A stretch of DNA of 64,000 nt from Eledone cirrhosa. Its lineage: Eukaryota. Both the position numbers and the translations under genes were made by a program. Location of the stretch: assembly GCA_964016885.1 (NCBI GenBank), contig OZ024745.1:74152001-74216000 (forward strand), written 5' to 3'. The notes below the pieces were generated by a model, which was not told the origin of the DNA, did not search any database, and was given only the letters and a program-made list of their open reading frames with translations. Of the stretch, positions 28,473-43,284 are shown in pieces; within the stretch, counting starts at the first letter, position 1; each line of letters starts with the position of its first letter.

Positions 28473-29424
28473 TTACTGTTGAAAATATATAGTATAGTAT
28501 AATATTACTGTTGAAAATATATAGTACAATACAGTATTACTGTTGAAAATATATAGTATAGTATAGTATTACTGTTGAAAAAATATATATAGTATTACTG
28601 TTGAAAATATATAGTACACTATTACTGTTGAAAATATATAGTATAGTACAGTATTACTGTTGAAAATATATATATAGTATTACTGTTGAAAATATATAGT
28701 ACAGTATTACTGTTGAAAATACATAGTATAGTACAGTATTACTGTTGAAAATATATAGTACGGTATTACTGTTGAAAATATATAGTACAGTATTACTGTT
28801 AAAAATATATAGTATAGTATTACTGTTGAAAATATATAGTATAGTATTACTGTTGAAAATATATAGTATAGTATAGTATTAATGTTGGAAATATATAGTA
28901 CAGTATTACTGTTGAAAATATATAGTATAGTATAGTATTACTGTTGAAAATATAGAGTATAGTATAGTATTACTGTTGAAAATATATAGTATAGAATAGT
29001 ATTAATGTTGAAAATATATAGTATAGTATAGTATTACTGTTGAAAATATATAGTATAGAATAGTATTAATGTTGAAAATATATAGTATAGTATTACTGTT
29101 GAAAATATATAGTATAGTATAGTATTACTGTTGAAAATATAGAGTATAGTATAGTATTACTGTTGAAAATATAGAGTATAGTATAGTATTACTGTTGAAA
29201 ATATAGAGTATAGTATAGTATTACTGTTGAAAATATATAGTATAGAATAGTATTAATGTTGGAAATATATAGTATAGTATTACTGTTGAAAATATATAGT
29301 ACAGTACAGTATTACTGTTGAAAATACATAGTATAGTACAGTATTACTGTTGAAAATATGTAGTACAGTATTACTGTTGAAAATATGTAGTACAGTATAG
29401 TATTACTGTTGAAAATATGTAGTA
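28473..29424. repeat. Minisatellite with roughly 27-32-bp unit AGTATTACTGTTGAAAATATAT(AGTAT)n
   Basis: About 30 tandem units with a variable pentamer count. Confidence 0.95.
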
Positions 29425-31077
29425 GATATCGAGACTATCAAAAGCTTTTTAATTCCCTGTGCACATTTTGTCTGGTTAAATTCACTGTATTACTTATTTT
29501 CTGATGTCAAACTGATACAATTCCACTGCAGTGGATCATCATGTGATTAGGCACCGAATTTGCTGGCACTTTCACGCCAAAAACGATTTGTGTTGTATTC
29601 TTGAGCAAAACACTTCATTTCACATTGCTCCACGATAATCAGCTGAAAATGAGTACCAGCCATAGCTGGGGGTTTAACCCTGTGATGAAGTAGCGTCCTG
29701 CCAAGGAGGCAGTCTTGTACTCGCAGTCGCTTCACGCCACGAAACCGGGAGAAGCACCAGCCTGACGAGCCTCCTGAATGGAGACCGACATATTGTATGA
29801 CGTATGCAAAATGATTCTAAATTAATATGATAGCAGTTTTCCTTTTAGGTGGAGAGGGAAAACACATTACCTAGCAATAATTCTTAGCGACTGAAAGAAA
29901 ACAGGAAGATAATTTCAAAAAATTTAGAATTAAACTCACAAAACCAATTTACACACTTAAGCGGAAATCTGATTTTTATTTGCAGGCAACAGAATAGCTG
30001 TGATTTTACTGAGCTTAATACGATTGTCTACGCCATAGGATTGTCTACTATGCATAGGATTGTTTACGCCAGCCTGGTTTGATCAGTTGAAAAAGAGTTG
30101 CGAAGAGTTTTGGCTGGTAGTAATTTTCCGAATTAAAAGGAAATAACATAATCTAAGAGAAATAACTGAAATAGATCAATCGCATTAATTCAGATAAATA
30201 AATTAAAACGTGGTGTATTGAATAGCATACCTAAAGTTGACTTTTGTAAGACATTAAGTAAAGACTTTATCTGATAAAATCTGCAGCTCTACTTTTCTGA
30301 AATGTGACACTATATATATAGTGTACCATCACCTACTTATAAAATTCAACGTTACGTACAGAACAACAATATATATATTTATACGCCAGAGTAACTATGT
30401 ATCTATATACAGTGGAATTTCGGCTCATGAACGCTTCGAATTACGAATGGTGTCTCGAGTAACGAACACGCAAACCGGGAACAACAGTTGGCGACAAGCT
30501 TGGCGCATTGGTCGGAAAGCATCACTTGCTATGTAGTTAGTTACTTTGGTGATATCTATCTGTATTTCATAGTCTCTCTTTTGCTGTACTTCTCTCTCAA
30601 CATTTCTTTTAGGAAAAATAGTTTCAGTTTAGGATCATTTCTGATGGCGAACGGCTTTCAGGAACGAATTAAGTTCGTGAGCCGAGGTTCCGTTGTATGT
30701 CGTTTCGTATTTCTTTACATATGCACACGTGAAAGTTCATACACATACGTTTGCATTGAAACGCAAGCACACACATGCACGAGTCTGAAATATTTTACAT
30801 TATTAGTTTGTTAGAAATAACAGTTTTAAAAAATACCCTGAAATCACACTATATCGTCTTATGTAGGACTAGATACTTGGGTAATATACTGCTAGATACT
30901 TTTTCTTTATATTTACGTTCCCGTGTTGACCCAGACTTTTGACAAATCAATAGCGTAGCGGCTTTTCTATAGCAAATGAAAATGCTATCCCTTCCAGCAA
31001 CCTTCCCTCACTTCAAAAGAAAAGGACGCTGTGAATGGTTCCCTACGACCTATCTCACGACACAACGTGGCTATTTA

Positions 31078-31160
<83 letters not shown>

Positions 31161-31494
31161 AAGAGAGAGAGAGAGAGATGAATCGAGACCAGTATCTGAC
31201 TGGTATTTTATTTATCGATTCTAATAGAACGAAAGGCAAATTTGAAATCGACGTTTTAATGATTTAGTCAAATCCTCGAATTTGCCCTAGATATATTATA
31301 TGAAAGACTATATGAAATGTTTATGGCTGGAGCGGCTTTTATCATAACTTCGTTTGAGTAGGATAACCTGAAGTTAAACAACACAGACACAACCACAATT
31401 GCTAACACATACATACAAACATAGATATTCATATGTTCCTGTATCTGCATGAGAGTATCTTGAATGAAATATATTGATAATTTACAATCCCCGC

Positions 31495-31730
31495 GTTCTT
31501 GCCTAATCCACAGCCCCACCACCCCACCACCCGGACGCCACCCCTACTCACTGCAATCGGAAGGGGAGTTGGCCGTTCGCTGATACGAGCCCTGCAAGGT
31601 GAAGTGGTTGTTCCAGCGCGTCTCCCTCGCCGTCCTGCGAGGCAATGTATTCTGCATCCTGTCAGCCAGGATCAAGAGGCGGAGAGAAAGTTAGTTGGAA
31701 GTGGAGGATACTTGTTTAAAAATGAAGAAG
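31495..31730 (+). mobile_element. CRE-like (RLE-nuclease) non-LTR retrotransposon 3' fragment
   Basis: LLTAIGRG...WLFQRVSLAVLRGN; homologous to 42020-42350. Confidence 0.65.
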
Positions 31731-31997
31731 AAAGAATAATCTGGCTGATCTCCCGCCATGAAGTTGAGTAAATATCTTAAAACAATATTCTCTCCTGTAT
31801 ACAGACAAAAGAGATTTACAATTTAATTTGCAATATTTGAGATTTGGCCTGAAATTACACAAGGTTATTTTATCTTCAAATGATGTGATTCAAATAATTA
31901 ATTCCACGAAGAGCATTAAAACTTTCATTAACAATTCTCGACATCGACGAAATTCTTGGGATCATGTCTAATTAGACAAGGCAATTAAATCCAAGGA

Positions 31998-32070
<73 letters not shown>

Positions 32071-32315
32071 GTCCATATATATATATATCTATATTTCTAG
32101 GGAGTGTAACTTGTAGTTACTGCAGGTTCACCCGGGTGAGCACTCGATGTTTATGTTCACTTCTTTTCTACTAGCATTTTAAAGGGTCCGTCGAGCTGCC
32201 GATTATAGAGTCGGGTAAGATCGATACAGATCGAACCTTGAGCTGATCAGTGGAGAAACGCGCGTCACCTACCAATAAATGTAATGAAGGAGTAACCAAT
32301 CGTCCTTGTTATCTT

Positions 32316-32370
<55 letters not shown>

Positions 32371-32436
32371 GAAGAGAGAAAAAACATTTAGATATAATTA
32401 GTAATAAAATGTATCATACCTAAACTGCTCCTAGAT

Positions 32437-32526
32437 TCCTCGACTACGTAGTTTCGTGGCATAAACAAAAACAATACATCATAAAGATATAGAGTCCTTG
32501 CGAGGTCTGCCGACTTATCAAGAGGA
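32437..32526 (-). ncRNA. Type-I hammerhead, U3-A8 variant (minus arm)
   Basis: Inverse of 32589-32678. Confidence 0.7.
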
Positions 32527-32588
32527 TACCTCTTGGGATTCTTTCTCACGTCGTGTAGACGCGTTCTTGAGACTAGCAAAATGAGGTA

Positions 32589-32678
32589 TCCTCTTGATAA
32601 GTCGGCAGACCTCGCAAGGACTCTATATCTTTATGATGTATTGTTTTTGTTTATGCCACGAAACTACGTAGTCGAGGA
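32589..32678 (+). ncRNA. Type-I hammerhead, U3-A8 variant, extended stem II
   Basis: tcctc TTGATAA gt(c)ggca...tgccac GAAA ctacgtag TC gagga; palindromic stem III, GUC triplet. Confidence 0.75.
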
Positions 32679-32909
32679 ATCTAGGAGCAGTTTAGGTATG
32701 ATACATTTTATTACTAATTATATCTAAATGTTTCTTCTCTCTTCATAATGTATTTTTAACTCTGATACTGGTTCAGTCTAGTTCAACCGGATTGGTCTGT
32801 CCCAGTCATTCATTGAGCAACATCGGTGAAGTTGGCACCCTTAACTCACGGTTGGGTGCGGATGCATTCATGTATATGTGTGTGTCCGCATGTATCTGTG
32901 TGTTTCTAA

Positions 32910-33810
<901 letters not shown>

Positions 33811-34480
33811 CATACATACACACATGCATGATGGCTGAAACTCAATGTCAAGTAATGCCATTGCTTGCTTGATACTTTCGCATGAGCATCATAGACTTGG
33901 CTGTTAGTCCTACAGAGGACTTGCCTATGTCCATCAATGCCATGCATCGCAAAAAATGCCAAATACATACATACATACATGGTGGCTGCCAACTCGTTTT
34001 CGAGTACGGCCACTACTTTATATCCACGTAGGAGAACCCCTACCGATGCGCTGAACGAGTGTGACTTTTTAGTCCAGCCAGCGACATGAAAACTATGGTA
34101 CAAACAGTACACTTGTGACAATTATTGACACATAGTGCTGGGCCCATGGTACCATGTGACGACAAGTGCAGTGAGATCTCCAGATATAAAGCAATGCCTG
34201 TGCCGTGAAGCTTTTATAGTGAGCAAAGGCACTGCACAAAGCCAGTCCCACTCTCTTAACCAAGATGATATTTACCAAAAAGAAGAATAAGTCAACATCA
34301 TTGGATACCATCAGGGTTGCAGGTGTTATATCAGAGTTTTCCTTCTCCTAGAATTCTGCCTTGACAAAGGCTAAGGGGTCATCTCTCCCGGTGATTTTGG
34401 ATGGTCATTGACTCTTAAGAGCTCCTTTGCCCTTTGACAGGGGTGAGGAGGGTGACTTTGGACATCCTGCAGGACTAAAA

Positions 34481-34760
34481 ACATACATACATACATACAT
34501 ACATACATACATACATACACACATACATACATACATGCATACATACATACATACATACATACATACATACATACATACATACATACATACATACATACAT
34601 ACATACATACACACATACATACATACACACACACATACATACATACATACATACATACATACATACATACATACATACATACATACATACATACATACAT
34701 ACATACATACATACATACATACATACATACATGCATACATAAACACACACACACAGACAT
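34481..34760. repeat. (CATA)n microsatellite
   Basis: Seen directly. Confidence 0.95.
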
Positions 34761-34814
34761 ACTGATACACTAGTGTGCGATATGTATATCACTCATAGTT
34801 TCTAATATCATCTT

Positions 34815-35322
34815 AAATCTTGATCTCCATGAGCATATGGTCCTGCTAGTATTCCCGTAATAATCTTACGGGACTGTCTCCTGAACTTGCTCCTGTTCCA
34901 TCTAAACTTTACAAAAATTGACGATTCTTGCTTTCCATTTTTTTGGAAATACTCTTCTGTTGTTCCATTTTTAAAAAAAAAGAACTATAGCGAACCATCT
35001 GATCCTTCTAACCAGCGCCTTATTAGTCGTCTGCCTTTTATTGGCAAAGTATCTGAAGCTTTAATCTATACTGATTGCTTAAGCACCTTATCTCATCGGG
35101 TCGTATCTCAGATAAACAATATGGCTTTCGTTTCTCACGAGAAACCGTTGATGTCTTAACAGTTATTACTGAGAGACTCTGACCTGGTTTAGATAAATCT
35201 AATGAAACTAAGGCTGTTCCCTTAGATGTTTCTAAGGCTTTTGACAGGATTTGGCATGTTGGTCTCTTTTTTAAGTTAAGATATTATGGTCTTTCTGGAC
35301 GGACTTTCAAACTGACTGATTG
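34815..35322 (+). mobile_element. CR1/Jockey-group LINE RT fragment
   Basis: WKYSSVVP..KK, DPSNQRLIS, QYGFR, LDVSKAFDRIWH; frameshifted. Confidence 0.8.
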
Positions 35323-35453
<131 letters not shown>

Positions 35454-35945
35454 CTATCTATCTATCGCTATTTGTCTGTCTGTGTCTGTCTCTTTATGAC
35501 AAATACGTATAAACCATCTTCTTACACAAATAAAACTTTTCATCTGTCCATCTGTTAAATTTTTTATACAAGCTAATAAAATGCCACGTTTCTATTATAT
35601 TTTACAAAATAAATATTTCTGTTATGTTAGTGTGTATTCTGTATCAAACTAAACCCACACGTTTAACTTTTTCTTATTTCACCTTTTAGAAATTAGCAAC
35701 ATCTCAACAACATCTAACTTGTAATTCATGCGTATAATGTGATTTTCTTCTGTTAACATATCATTTTTTTTTATTACATCTTTCTTCTAATACATTCATT
35801 ATATCTCCTTATTTGTCTGAAAAAATAAACCGTTCTCTGAATTTTTCTTCTCTTTTCGTAACATAAACTAGAAACTCTATGTTATTCTGTTCAAGTTTAT
35901 CATTATTTCACACAAATAAGTGCTTATTATTAAGTACCATTAACG

Positions 35946-36533
35946 CATAGAATTACGGCCCTTGCCATTCTGAGTTCAAATCCCGCGAGGTCAACTTTTC
36001 CTTTCATCCTTACGGGGTCGATAAAATAAAGTACCAGTAATGTACTGGGTAATTGCTGGTATTGTCCAAAAGTAGAAACAATTATTAAGTACCATTACTA
36101 TTCATAACTATTGAGGTGAATTGGCAGTATCGGTAGAGGGTTGGACGACATGCTTTCCAGCATAGTTACGTCCCTTTATGATCTGAGTTCAAATCTTTCT
36201 AATGTTAACTTTGCCTTTCATCCTTACGGGGTCGATAAAATAAAGTACCAGTAATGCACTGGGTAATTTCTGGCCTTGAGCCAAAAGTAGAAACAATTAT
36301 TAACAATTCATTCAATTCATATAAGAAACCATTATTACCAATGTACACCGGGCGGTGGATTGGCAGTATCGGTAGAGGGTCGGACACCATGCTTTGACGC
36401 ATAGAGTTACGGCCCTTGCCATTCTGTGTTCAAATCTCGCCGAGGTTAACTTTGCCTTTCATCCTTACTGGGTCGATAAAATAAAGTACCAGTAATGTAA
36501 TTGCTGGCCTTGTGCCAATAGTAGAAACAATTA
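35946..36533 (+). mobile_element. Cluster of three Nin-like SINE copies
   Basis: Copies about 35946-36085, 36113-36300, 36350-36533; TSDs ttattaagtaccatta and attattaccaatgtacacc. Confidence 0.85.
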
Positions 36534-37004
36534 TTACCAATGTACACCACCAATATAGATACTAGACGTCCAGTGCCAAAAAGTAGAAACAATTATTATC
36601 ATTTTCATCATCATCACCACCATCATTATCGCAACTATATTAAATATCTGGTTTTATATCGCTAATAAATTATAAGCAAAAGAAATATATCTTCACTTTT
36701 ACCTATTTTATTATTTAGATATATTTTTTTATATCGTCACTTTGAGAAAGTGAATAATAAATGATAAAAATTGCATCAATACCAACAACACGAATAAAAA
36801 TGAAGTATCTACAGCAATAACTCATTGTTTTGTCTTTTGCAAATCATGAATTATGTATCACTTTTTGTGTAACAAGCGCCTGAATCTTTTAGGCGTATAA
36901 ATAACGTCTTCACAAATATAATCCGTGTCAGCATGACCCAAACAATTCAGTAACAGGTAATATCAAAATGATTAAGCTATTGTATTCAACAAATTCCTTA
37001 GTTC

Positions 37005-37485
37005 TAGCGGCGAGTGTTATAGAACGAAGAATATAATGCTGCATGGTAGTGAAACATGAGCTGTCATTGCAGAGGAGATGCGTAGACTGGAGAGAAATGA
37101 AGTAACCATGCTTTGTTGGATATGCAATGTGAGCGAGAGAGAAAGTCGGAGCTCGCACGAGTTGAAGAAGAAGCTGGGTTTAAGAGGAATCTGGGGTGGT
37201 GTGTAAGAAAGAAGACTGCGTTGGTATGGACATGTGATGCGCGTCGACAATAATTGCTAGGGGAAGAATTGTCAGAAATCTCAGTGGAAGGAAGCCACAG
37301 TAGAAGTAGACCAAGAAAGACCTAGGCAGAGGTTGTAAGAGCTGATCTCAAATTACTGAGACTCACAGAGGAGATGACGAAGGAACGCAGCGAGTGGAGA
37401 GATGCCGTGCTGAGAAAGACCCAGCCAACCCATGCGAGCGTAGAAAAACGGACGTACAAACGATGCTGTCGATGATAATGATGAT
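37005..37485 (+). mobile_element. RTE-clade LINE 3' fragment
   Basis: MLHGSET, RRLERNE, RRLRWYGHVMR, SRPRKT, EWR; short GAT-type tail. Confidence 0.8.
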
Positions 37486-37561
37486 AAGGAGGAGGAGGAG
37501 GAGGATAATTCTGGTTTTCAACATACAGATCCGATATTTATTGATTAATTGCAAAACAGAA

Positions 37562-37747
37562 GGGCGGTGAATTGGCAGTATCGGTAGAGGGTCGGGCGCC
37601 ATACTTTCCAGCATAGTTACGTCCCTTTACGATCTGAGTTCAAATCTCGCCGAGGTTGACTTTGCCTTTCATCCTTACGGGGTCGATAAAATAAAGTACC
37701 AGTAATGCACTGGGTAATTGCTGGCCTTGTGCCTAAAGTAGAAACAA
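37562..37747 (+). mobile_element. Nin-like SINE, full length
   Basis: Consensus match; 17-bp TSD attaattgcaaaacaga. Confidence 0.85.
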
Positions 37748-38244
37748 TTAATTGCAAAACAGATGATACTAGAATTCGATGCGATAATCTTTTGAGCATA
37801 CTAAAGTTTGACAAAATTATGAGAAATACTGCGAACTTTATCGATTTGTAGGAGTAAAAATAAAGCAGACTGCACTCATTTATGTATTTTACAAGAACAA
37901 AAGACGAAAATTTGATTTCGCTATTCCAATCTAATAAGCTAGCATCAATTCCTACATATATATATATGTACATGAAAAAGAAATATATATATATATTTAG
38001 GTACATGAAATAACTAAATAAATAAATAACTAAATATATATATATATATATATGGGGGGAGGGGGTATTTCTTTCATCTACCTAAATATTGAATTTTTCT
38101 CTACTTGAAAAGAAATTTTATTGGAATTTGGGGGAAAAACATATAAGTATTTATCGAAAATATAGAAACTATTATTGCTTCATGTAAAACAATAAAAGGG
38201 ACTTCTGTAAAATTTTCTATTTCAAGTATTACACTTTTTATGGA

Positions 38245-38275
<31 letters not shown>

Positions 38276-38810
38276 CTTCTTCTTCTTCTTCTTCTCCCAC
38301 TTATTCTTGAGAGGGTCATGAGGGCAGAACCATCAAACACTCCTTTCAGTGGGTCATGTCACAATCAATCATCTGCAACTGATCCGTTTGGACTCTAAGC
38401 GAGAACCAGCCGAGCTCATCGATTTTATCCAACCATTTTGCTTGGGGTCTACCCCTGGGTCTCCTGCTGGTTGGTTTTGCCCGTAAAATCTAAGATATTC
38501 TAACCTCATGTCCATAGTATCGGAGCTGTGGTCTCTCATTTCGAAGGAGCGGCTCGACCTGGAGCGACTGTATGATCTCTGATCTACGCACTCTATCAAG
38601 AAACGTTACTCCAAAGACCCTTCGGAAGAACCCCATTTCGGCCACTTGTATTCGGGATCGTATTCTTTCGGTCATTACTCAAGATTCATAACCATAGGTA
38701 AGGGGTTGGCACGAATACCGAATTGAAGATTGCGAGTTTGGCTTTAAACACCTACCTCCTTCTTCTGAATACTGAATGCTAAAGCTGGCACATTACTGGA
38801 CCAACTCCTA
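38245..38810 (-). mobile_element. RTE-clade LINE 3' fragment with (GAA)n tail
   Basis: SRIQVAEMGFFRRVFGVTFLDRVR, QLRYYGH. Confidence 0.8.
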
Positions 38811-38946
38811 CAACACATATAGGCTAAAAATTGTATTCGTTCATCAAAAGATAGCTACTTGTTTAGTTTATTATTTCAGTATTTTTTGTTGCTGTTGATA
38901 TTATTTTCTGCTATTGAATATAGTTTAGCAACAGTGAATATATTTT

Positions 38947-39506
38947 AGCCAAAGTGATCCAGGTTTTGTAACAGTAAATATAGTTTAGCCAAAGTGATCC
39001 AGGTTTAGTAACAGTAAATATAGTTTAGCCAAAGTGATCCAGGTTTAGTAACAGTAAATATAGTTTAGCCAAAGTGATCCAGGTTTAGTAAAAGTAAATA
39101 TAGTTTAGCCAAAGTGATCCGGGTTTAGTAACAGTAAATATAGTTTAGCCAAAGTGATCCAGGTTTAGTAACAGTAAATATAGTTTAGCCAAAGTGATCC
39201 AGGTTTAGTAACAGTAAATATAGTTTAGCCAAAGTGATCCAGGTTTAGTAACAGTAAATATAGTTTAGCCAAAGTGATCCGGGTTTAGTAACAGTAAATA
39301 TAGTTTAGCCAAAGTGATCCAGGTTTAGTAACAGTAAATATAGTTTAGCCAAAGTGATCCAGGTTTTGTAACAGTAAATATAGTTTAGCCAAAGTGATCC
39401 AGGTTTAGTAACAGTAAATATAGTTTAGCCAAAGTGATCCAGGTTTTGTAACAGTAAATATAGATTAGCCAAAGTGATCCAGGTTTAGTAATAGTAAATG
39501 TAGATT
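38947..39506. repeat. 40-bp minisatellite, 14 copies
   Basis: agccaaagtgatccaggtttagtaacagtaaatatagttt at exact 40-bp spacing. Confidence 0.95.
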
Positions 39507-40299
39507 AGCAATTTAATAGCAATATTTGAAACAATGTAACTTTTTTAATTGACATTTTAAAAGATAACTAAGTTCAATTATCATGCAGATTAAGTAAAAT
39601 TATTGTACTTAGTTACGCAATCTTTATATAGTTATTTTTTAGAATAGTAAAGAAAAACGTATTCAATTTTTATTAATACAGTATTCTATTAAATTATCTT
39701 TAATTTGTTAGATGGAGTCGAAATACAAACATGGGCTTTATATTAACAATCTAATTTGTGAGCCTAATCAAGTGTCAAAACGCTGAATGCATTCATCGAG
39801 ACTGAATGGGAACTTGGAATCTCTATTTATGAACCATGGGGACATACATTTTTTTTTATCCTCTAAACCAACCACAAATTTACAGTTAATGGTTTCTAAA
39901 TTAAGCAAAAGGCCAGAAATTTTGAGAGAAGTGAAAGTCGATTATACGACCTCGTTTTGACCCTGTACTTTATTTTATCGAACTCCAAAAGGATGAAGAT
40001 TTACTTTTCGGTTACTTAAGTATATGTTTTAGGAAACAACTCAGCGGATGTCGAGCTAAGTCTCTTTAGCTGACGAGACCTCAGAGTTACTTACTTATAG
40101 CAAATTATATATTAGCAGATCCTTATTATAACGTTGCATAATACGTATATACTTATAATCCTTGTCCTTCTTGAGTAATACTGATAAATTGCTTTCTGTT
40201 CATGGGAGCGGTTCTAGGCGTTGAGTAGGACAGTCTAAGCAGACTCCTCTTCATTACTTTCAAAGAGGTATTATGGATAATCTTCAAGCATAGCAGTGC

Positions 40300-40600
40300 T
40301 ACAGAGAATACAAATTTTGCTGGCATGGCCGGCCTAGAGCCGCTAGGAATCAAATCTAGATGCACGCATGAATAAGAAATTGTCCGGCGTACATTCGTTT
40401 GGTGACCGCTAATTACTGTACAGCTGACCGTAAAATCAGAATGAGAGTATCTCGTCTGAGAAAGGAGCTCTGCCAGGTGGGGATGGAGGCTGTTGCAGCG
40501 GATGCCACTGGCCATTGTCCACGGAAATGCCTTTGCCATATGGTCCGCGAGGTGCAGCCGAAACACCACTCTGACTAAGGTGAAGATTCTGTCACCCTCT
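40300..40600 (+). mobile_element. CRE-like retrotransposon 3' fragment
   Basis: LLQRMPLAIVHGNAFAI. Confidence 0.55.
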
Positions 40601-41399
40601 CCCCTTCCACCTTTCTTTCTTTCGTTGCCTAATAATCCTCGATCTTTCGCTCCTTTTCCTCTCATTTATAACATTTATTGTTCTTCCCAATACTACTTTC
40701 TTTTTCTACATGTTTGACTAAATATTAAATTCTTTATTATTTTTCTGTAATTTTATCCTAGAAATATACTTGAGTGTTTTGAATTAAAATCAATTACAGA
40801 TAAAAAACAAATATATTGAACAACTGTTATCTTTTGTCAAGCCTTCCTTTGGCGAAGAAGAGCGAGTAATCTTCCTCTGTCTGAGAGCTATGGCGACAGA
40901 AATGTTATGGTGGTCGCTGTTGAAATGTTTGATGAGCTTTTCCTCTCAGGACAATCATTCCGTATCAAATTTTTCAAGTACCTCTTGAAGAGAAAGATAA
41001 GAGTAGAGGAGGAGTAATGAAATAGTTGAAACATTTAAAAAGACCAACAACCTTTGTAAGGTTAATTACAGAAGCACGTAACAACACATTTAATATTATA
41101 TTGTAATTAAACCCTTTCTTTCACCTTGAGAAGTGTCTAGGAATTAACTTAAACGGGAACAAAGTATTTTATTGAAAAGAAATGTTAAGAAAAATTAAAT
41201 GAGGTATAAACTGGAATTGATTATAATGCATGGTACCGTAACTCTTGAGGGAGTCGTAGGACCGCTGTATTGATATATGGCGTTTCTAAGACATTTAAAA
41301 ACCTGACTGAGCCCAATTTTATCCAGGTTTGAATACAGCATATTTCTACCTGAGAGAGAGAGAGAGAGATTGGAAGTAAGAAAGAGGGTTAGAAAAAGA

Positions 41400-41812
41400 A
41401 GCGACTCAGTACTGGTACATATTTTATCGACCTCGAATGGATGTAAGACAAAGTTGACTGCGGCGGGATTTGAATTCAGAGTCCAGAAAGTCGAAATGAA
41501 TACCGCAAAGCATTTTATCTGACGTTTCAATGACTCTGACAATTCACTGCCTTTGATTAAAATACAGTTTTCTATATCTGCTAAAATGCGAATTTTTTCA
41601 ATTTCATGTTTTGACACGCATGTATTTTCCTGTCGATATAAGTGAAATGGATTCAAATAAAAATAAAGTATGGTCCCTGACTCCACACATCAGCTATGAG
41701 GCTTCCAAAATAATTGTATTGACTTTGCCTTTCATCCTTACGGGGTCGATAAAATAAAGTACCAGTAATGCACTGGGTAATTGCTGGCCTTGTGCCTAAA
41801 GTAGAAACAATT
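41400..41812. mobile_element. Two SINE fragments (41400-41552 minus; 41718-41812 plus)
   Basis: Match family consensus. Confidence 0.7.
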
Positions 41813-42019
41813 ATTATTTTATGAATTCAGCGTTGTAAATAAGATACAATTTTTCGTCAAACTGGTTTCGATTTTTGTTTGGAATTATTGCGCTTCAACT
41901 TATGCGTTGAATTATTAATGACCGCTTACAGTTAATACTGGGCCTTTACGGATTCAATATGAGAGTATATAAGAAACTCCTTTTCAGAAATAACTCCTGG
42001 AAAGAAGATGAAATGGTGA

Positions 42020-42350
42020 CGTCCAAACGAGTATCTTTCACCTCCAACTAACTTACCCTCCGCCTCTAGATCCTGGCCGACAGGATAGAAAATGCATTGC
42101 TCCGGTGGACGGCGAGGGAGATGTGCTGGAACAGCCACCCCCACCTCGTGGGGCTCGCAACCACGGGCAGCCAACTCCACTCCGATTGCAGTCAGTAGGG
42201 TTGTGGTCGGGGGTCAAGAACGCCGGATGTCTCCACAGGTACAGGCTCTACGTCAAACCTATCAGAGAGTCTCCGATACTTGGACAGTTTGCCCTCTCTC
42301 GCCTGGCGGGCTGCTGAGCCTGGGCTGCTAGCCGAACGCACCAGGTTGCC
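42020..42350 (-). mobile_element. CRE-like retrotransposon 3' fragment
   Basis: AARQAREGKLSKYRRLSDRFDVEPVPVETSGVL...WLFQHISLAVHRSNA. Confidence 0.75.
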
Positions 42351-43004
42351 ACGAATGTTCCTATTATCGACATTAGAATCTATTTCTCGGAAGTTTCGAT
42401 CTATCGAAACCAAAATCAATAACCAAGTAAGATTGCAAAAACAAATATTGCTTTCAGTTTTTTGGCACAAAGACAGAAATTTATAGCGGGTGGCAACTGA
42501 ATCAACTCTTGCGTGTTATCGACATCTTGGAGAGATAAAAAGCAAATTTAACCGCTGTTTTGTTTTAATCTTAGTGCTTAAAGAAACTGGAAGATGTTCA
42601 CTCCAATACCTTATCATTACTTCCACTGGCTGCCTTTCAGATTAATAAATATTAAAATATTACACTGATATAAAGAAAAACAGAGCAGTTTTGCCTTATT
42701 TTAATATATAAAGCTAAAGGGAAACAACTCTATATGTATTACTCCCCTTTGTATTGTGTTGCTTTCGTAGGTTTACAATTTGATCTGAAATGTTTTAATA
42801 TAATAAGTATTAACGCACCTCATATTATAAGGCACTTAGTAGAATTTTATCGAAACCAATATCTAAACTAAGATTGATTATGATATTTCCACCATCGGCA
42901 CTTAATAAATATCCTTTAAAATGAAGGAAGTTTATTGATATAGAATATATATATATATATATACGATATTAAACAAATGGAAACTATATTTATAAAACCA
43001 TATT

Positions 43005-43070
43005 TATTTCATTATACATATTTCAGGGATACCATATTAAAAATATGGCATGCCTTCGTCAGATAAAATA
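43005..43070 (-). ncRNA. Type-I hammerhead ribozyme (TATTTTAT stem-I family)
   Basis: tattttat CTGACGA agg-c-atgccatatt/aatatggtat-c-cct GAAA tatgta TA atgaaata. Confidence 0.8.
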
Positions 43071-43284
43071 CAATATATAAACAGTTTTATAAATAATTTT
43101 GACGTACCATAATATAATATATTATAATTGTTTCTACTTTTGGCACAAGGCCAGCAATTATCCAGTACATTACTGGTACTTTATTTTATCGACCCCATTA
43201 ATATTATGGTATTATAATATATTATAATACCATAATATTATATATTACCATACTATTATATATTATAATATATATATATATATA

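Larger units (their letters stand above)
32366..32900. mobile_element. Fold-back PLE-like element, 167-bp inverted arms, HHR on both strands
   Basis: Arms 32366-32532 and 32583-32749; right arm continues as a unique tail up to (TA)n. Confidence 0.8.

Noticed and set aside
32240-32275. CTGATCA-gtgga-GAAAcgcgcgTC as a complete hammerhead
   Set aside because: Palindromic stem III and GUC are present, but no stem II or matching stem I; counted only as partial
38947-39506. Regular repeat array as possible CRISPR
   Set aside because: No unique spacers, no cas genes, eukaryotic context
40153-40665. 170-aa minus-strand ORF as host gene
   Set aside because: Antisense to a CRE-like fragment, with no domain signal
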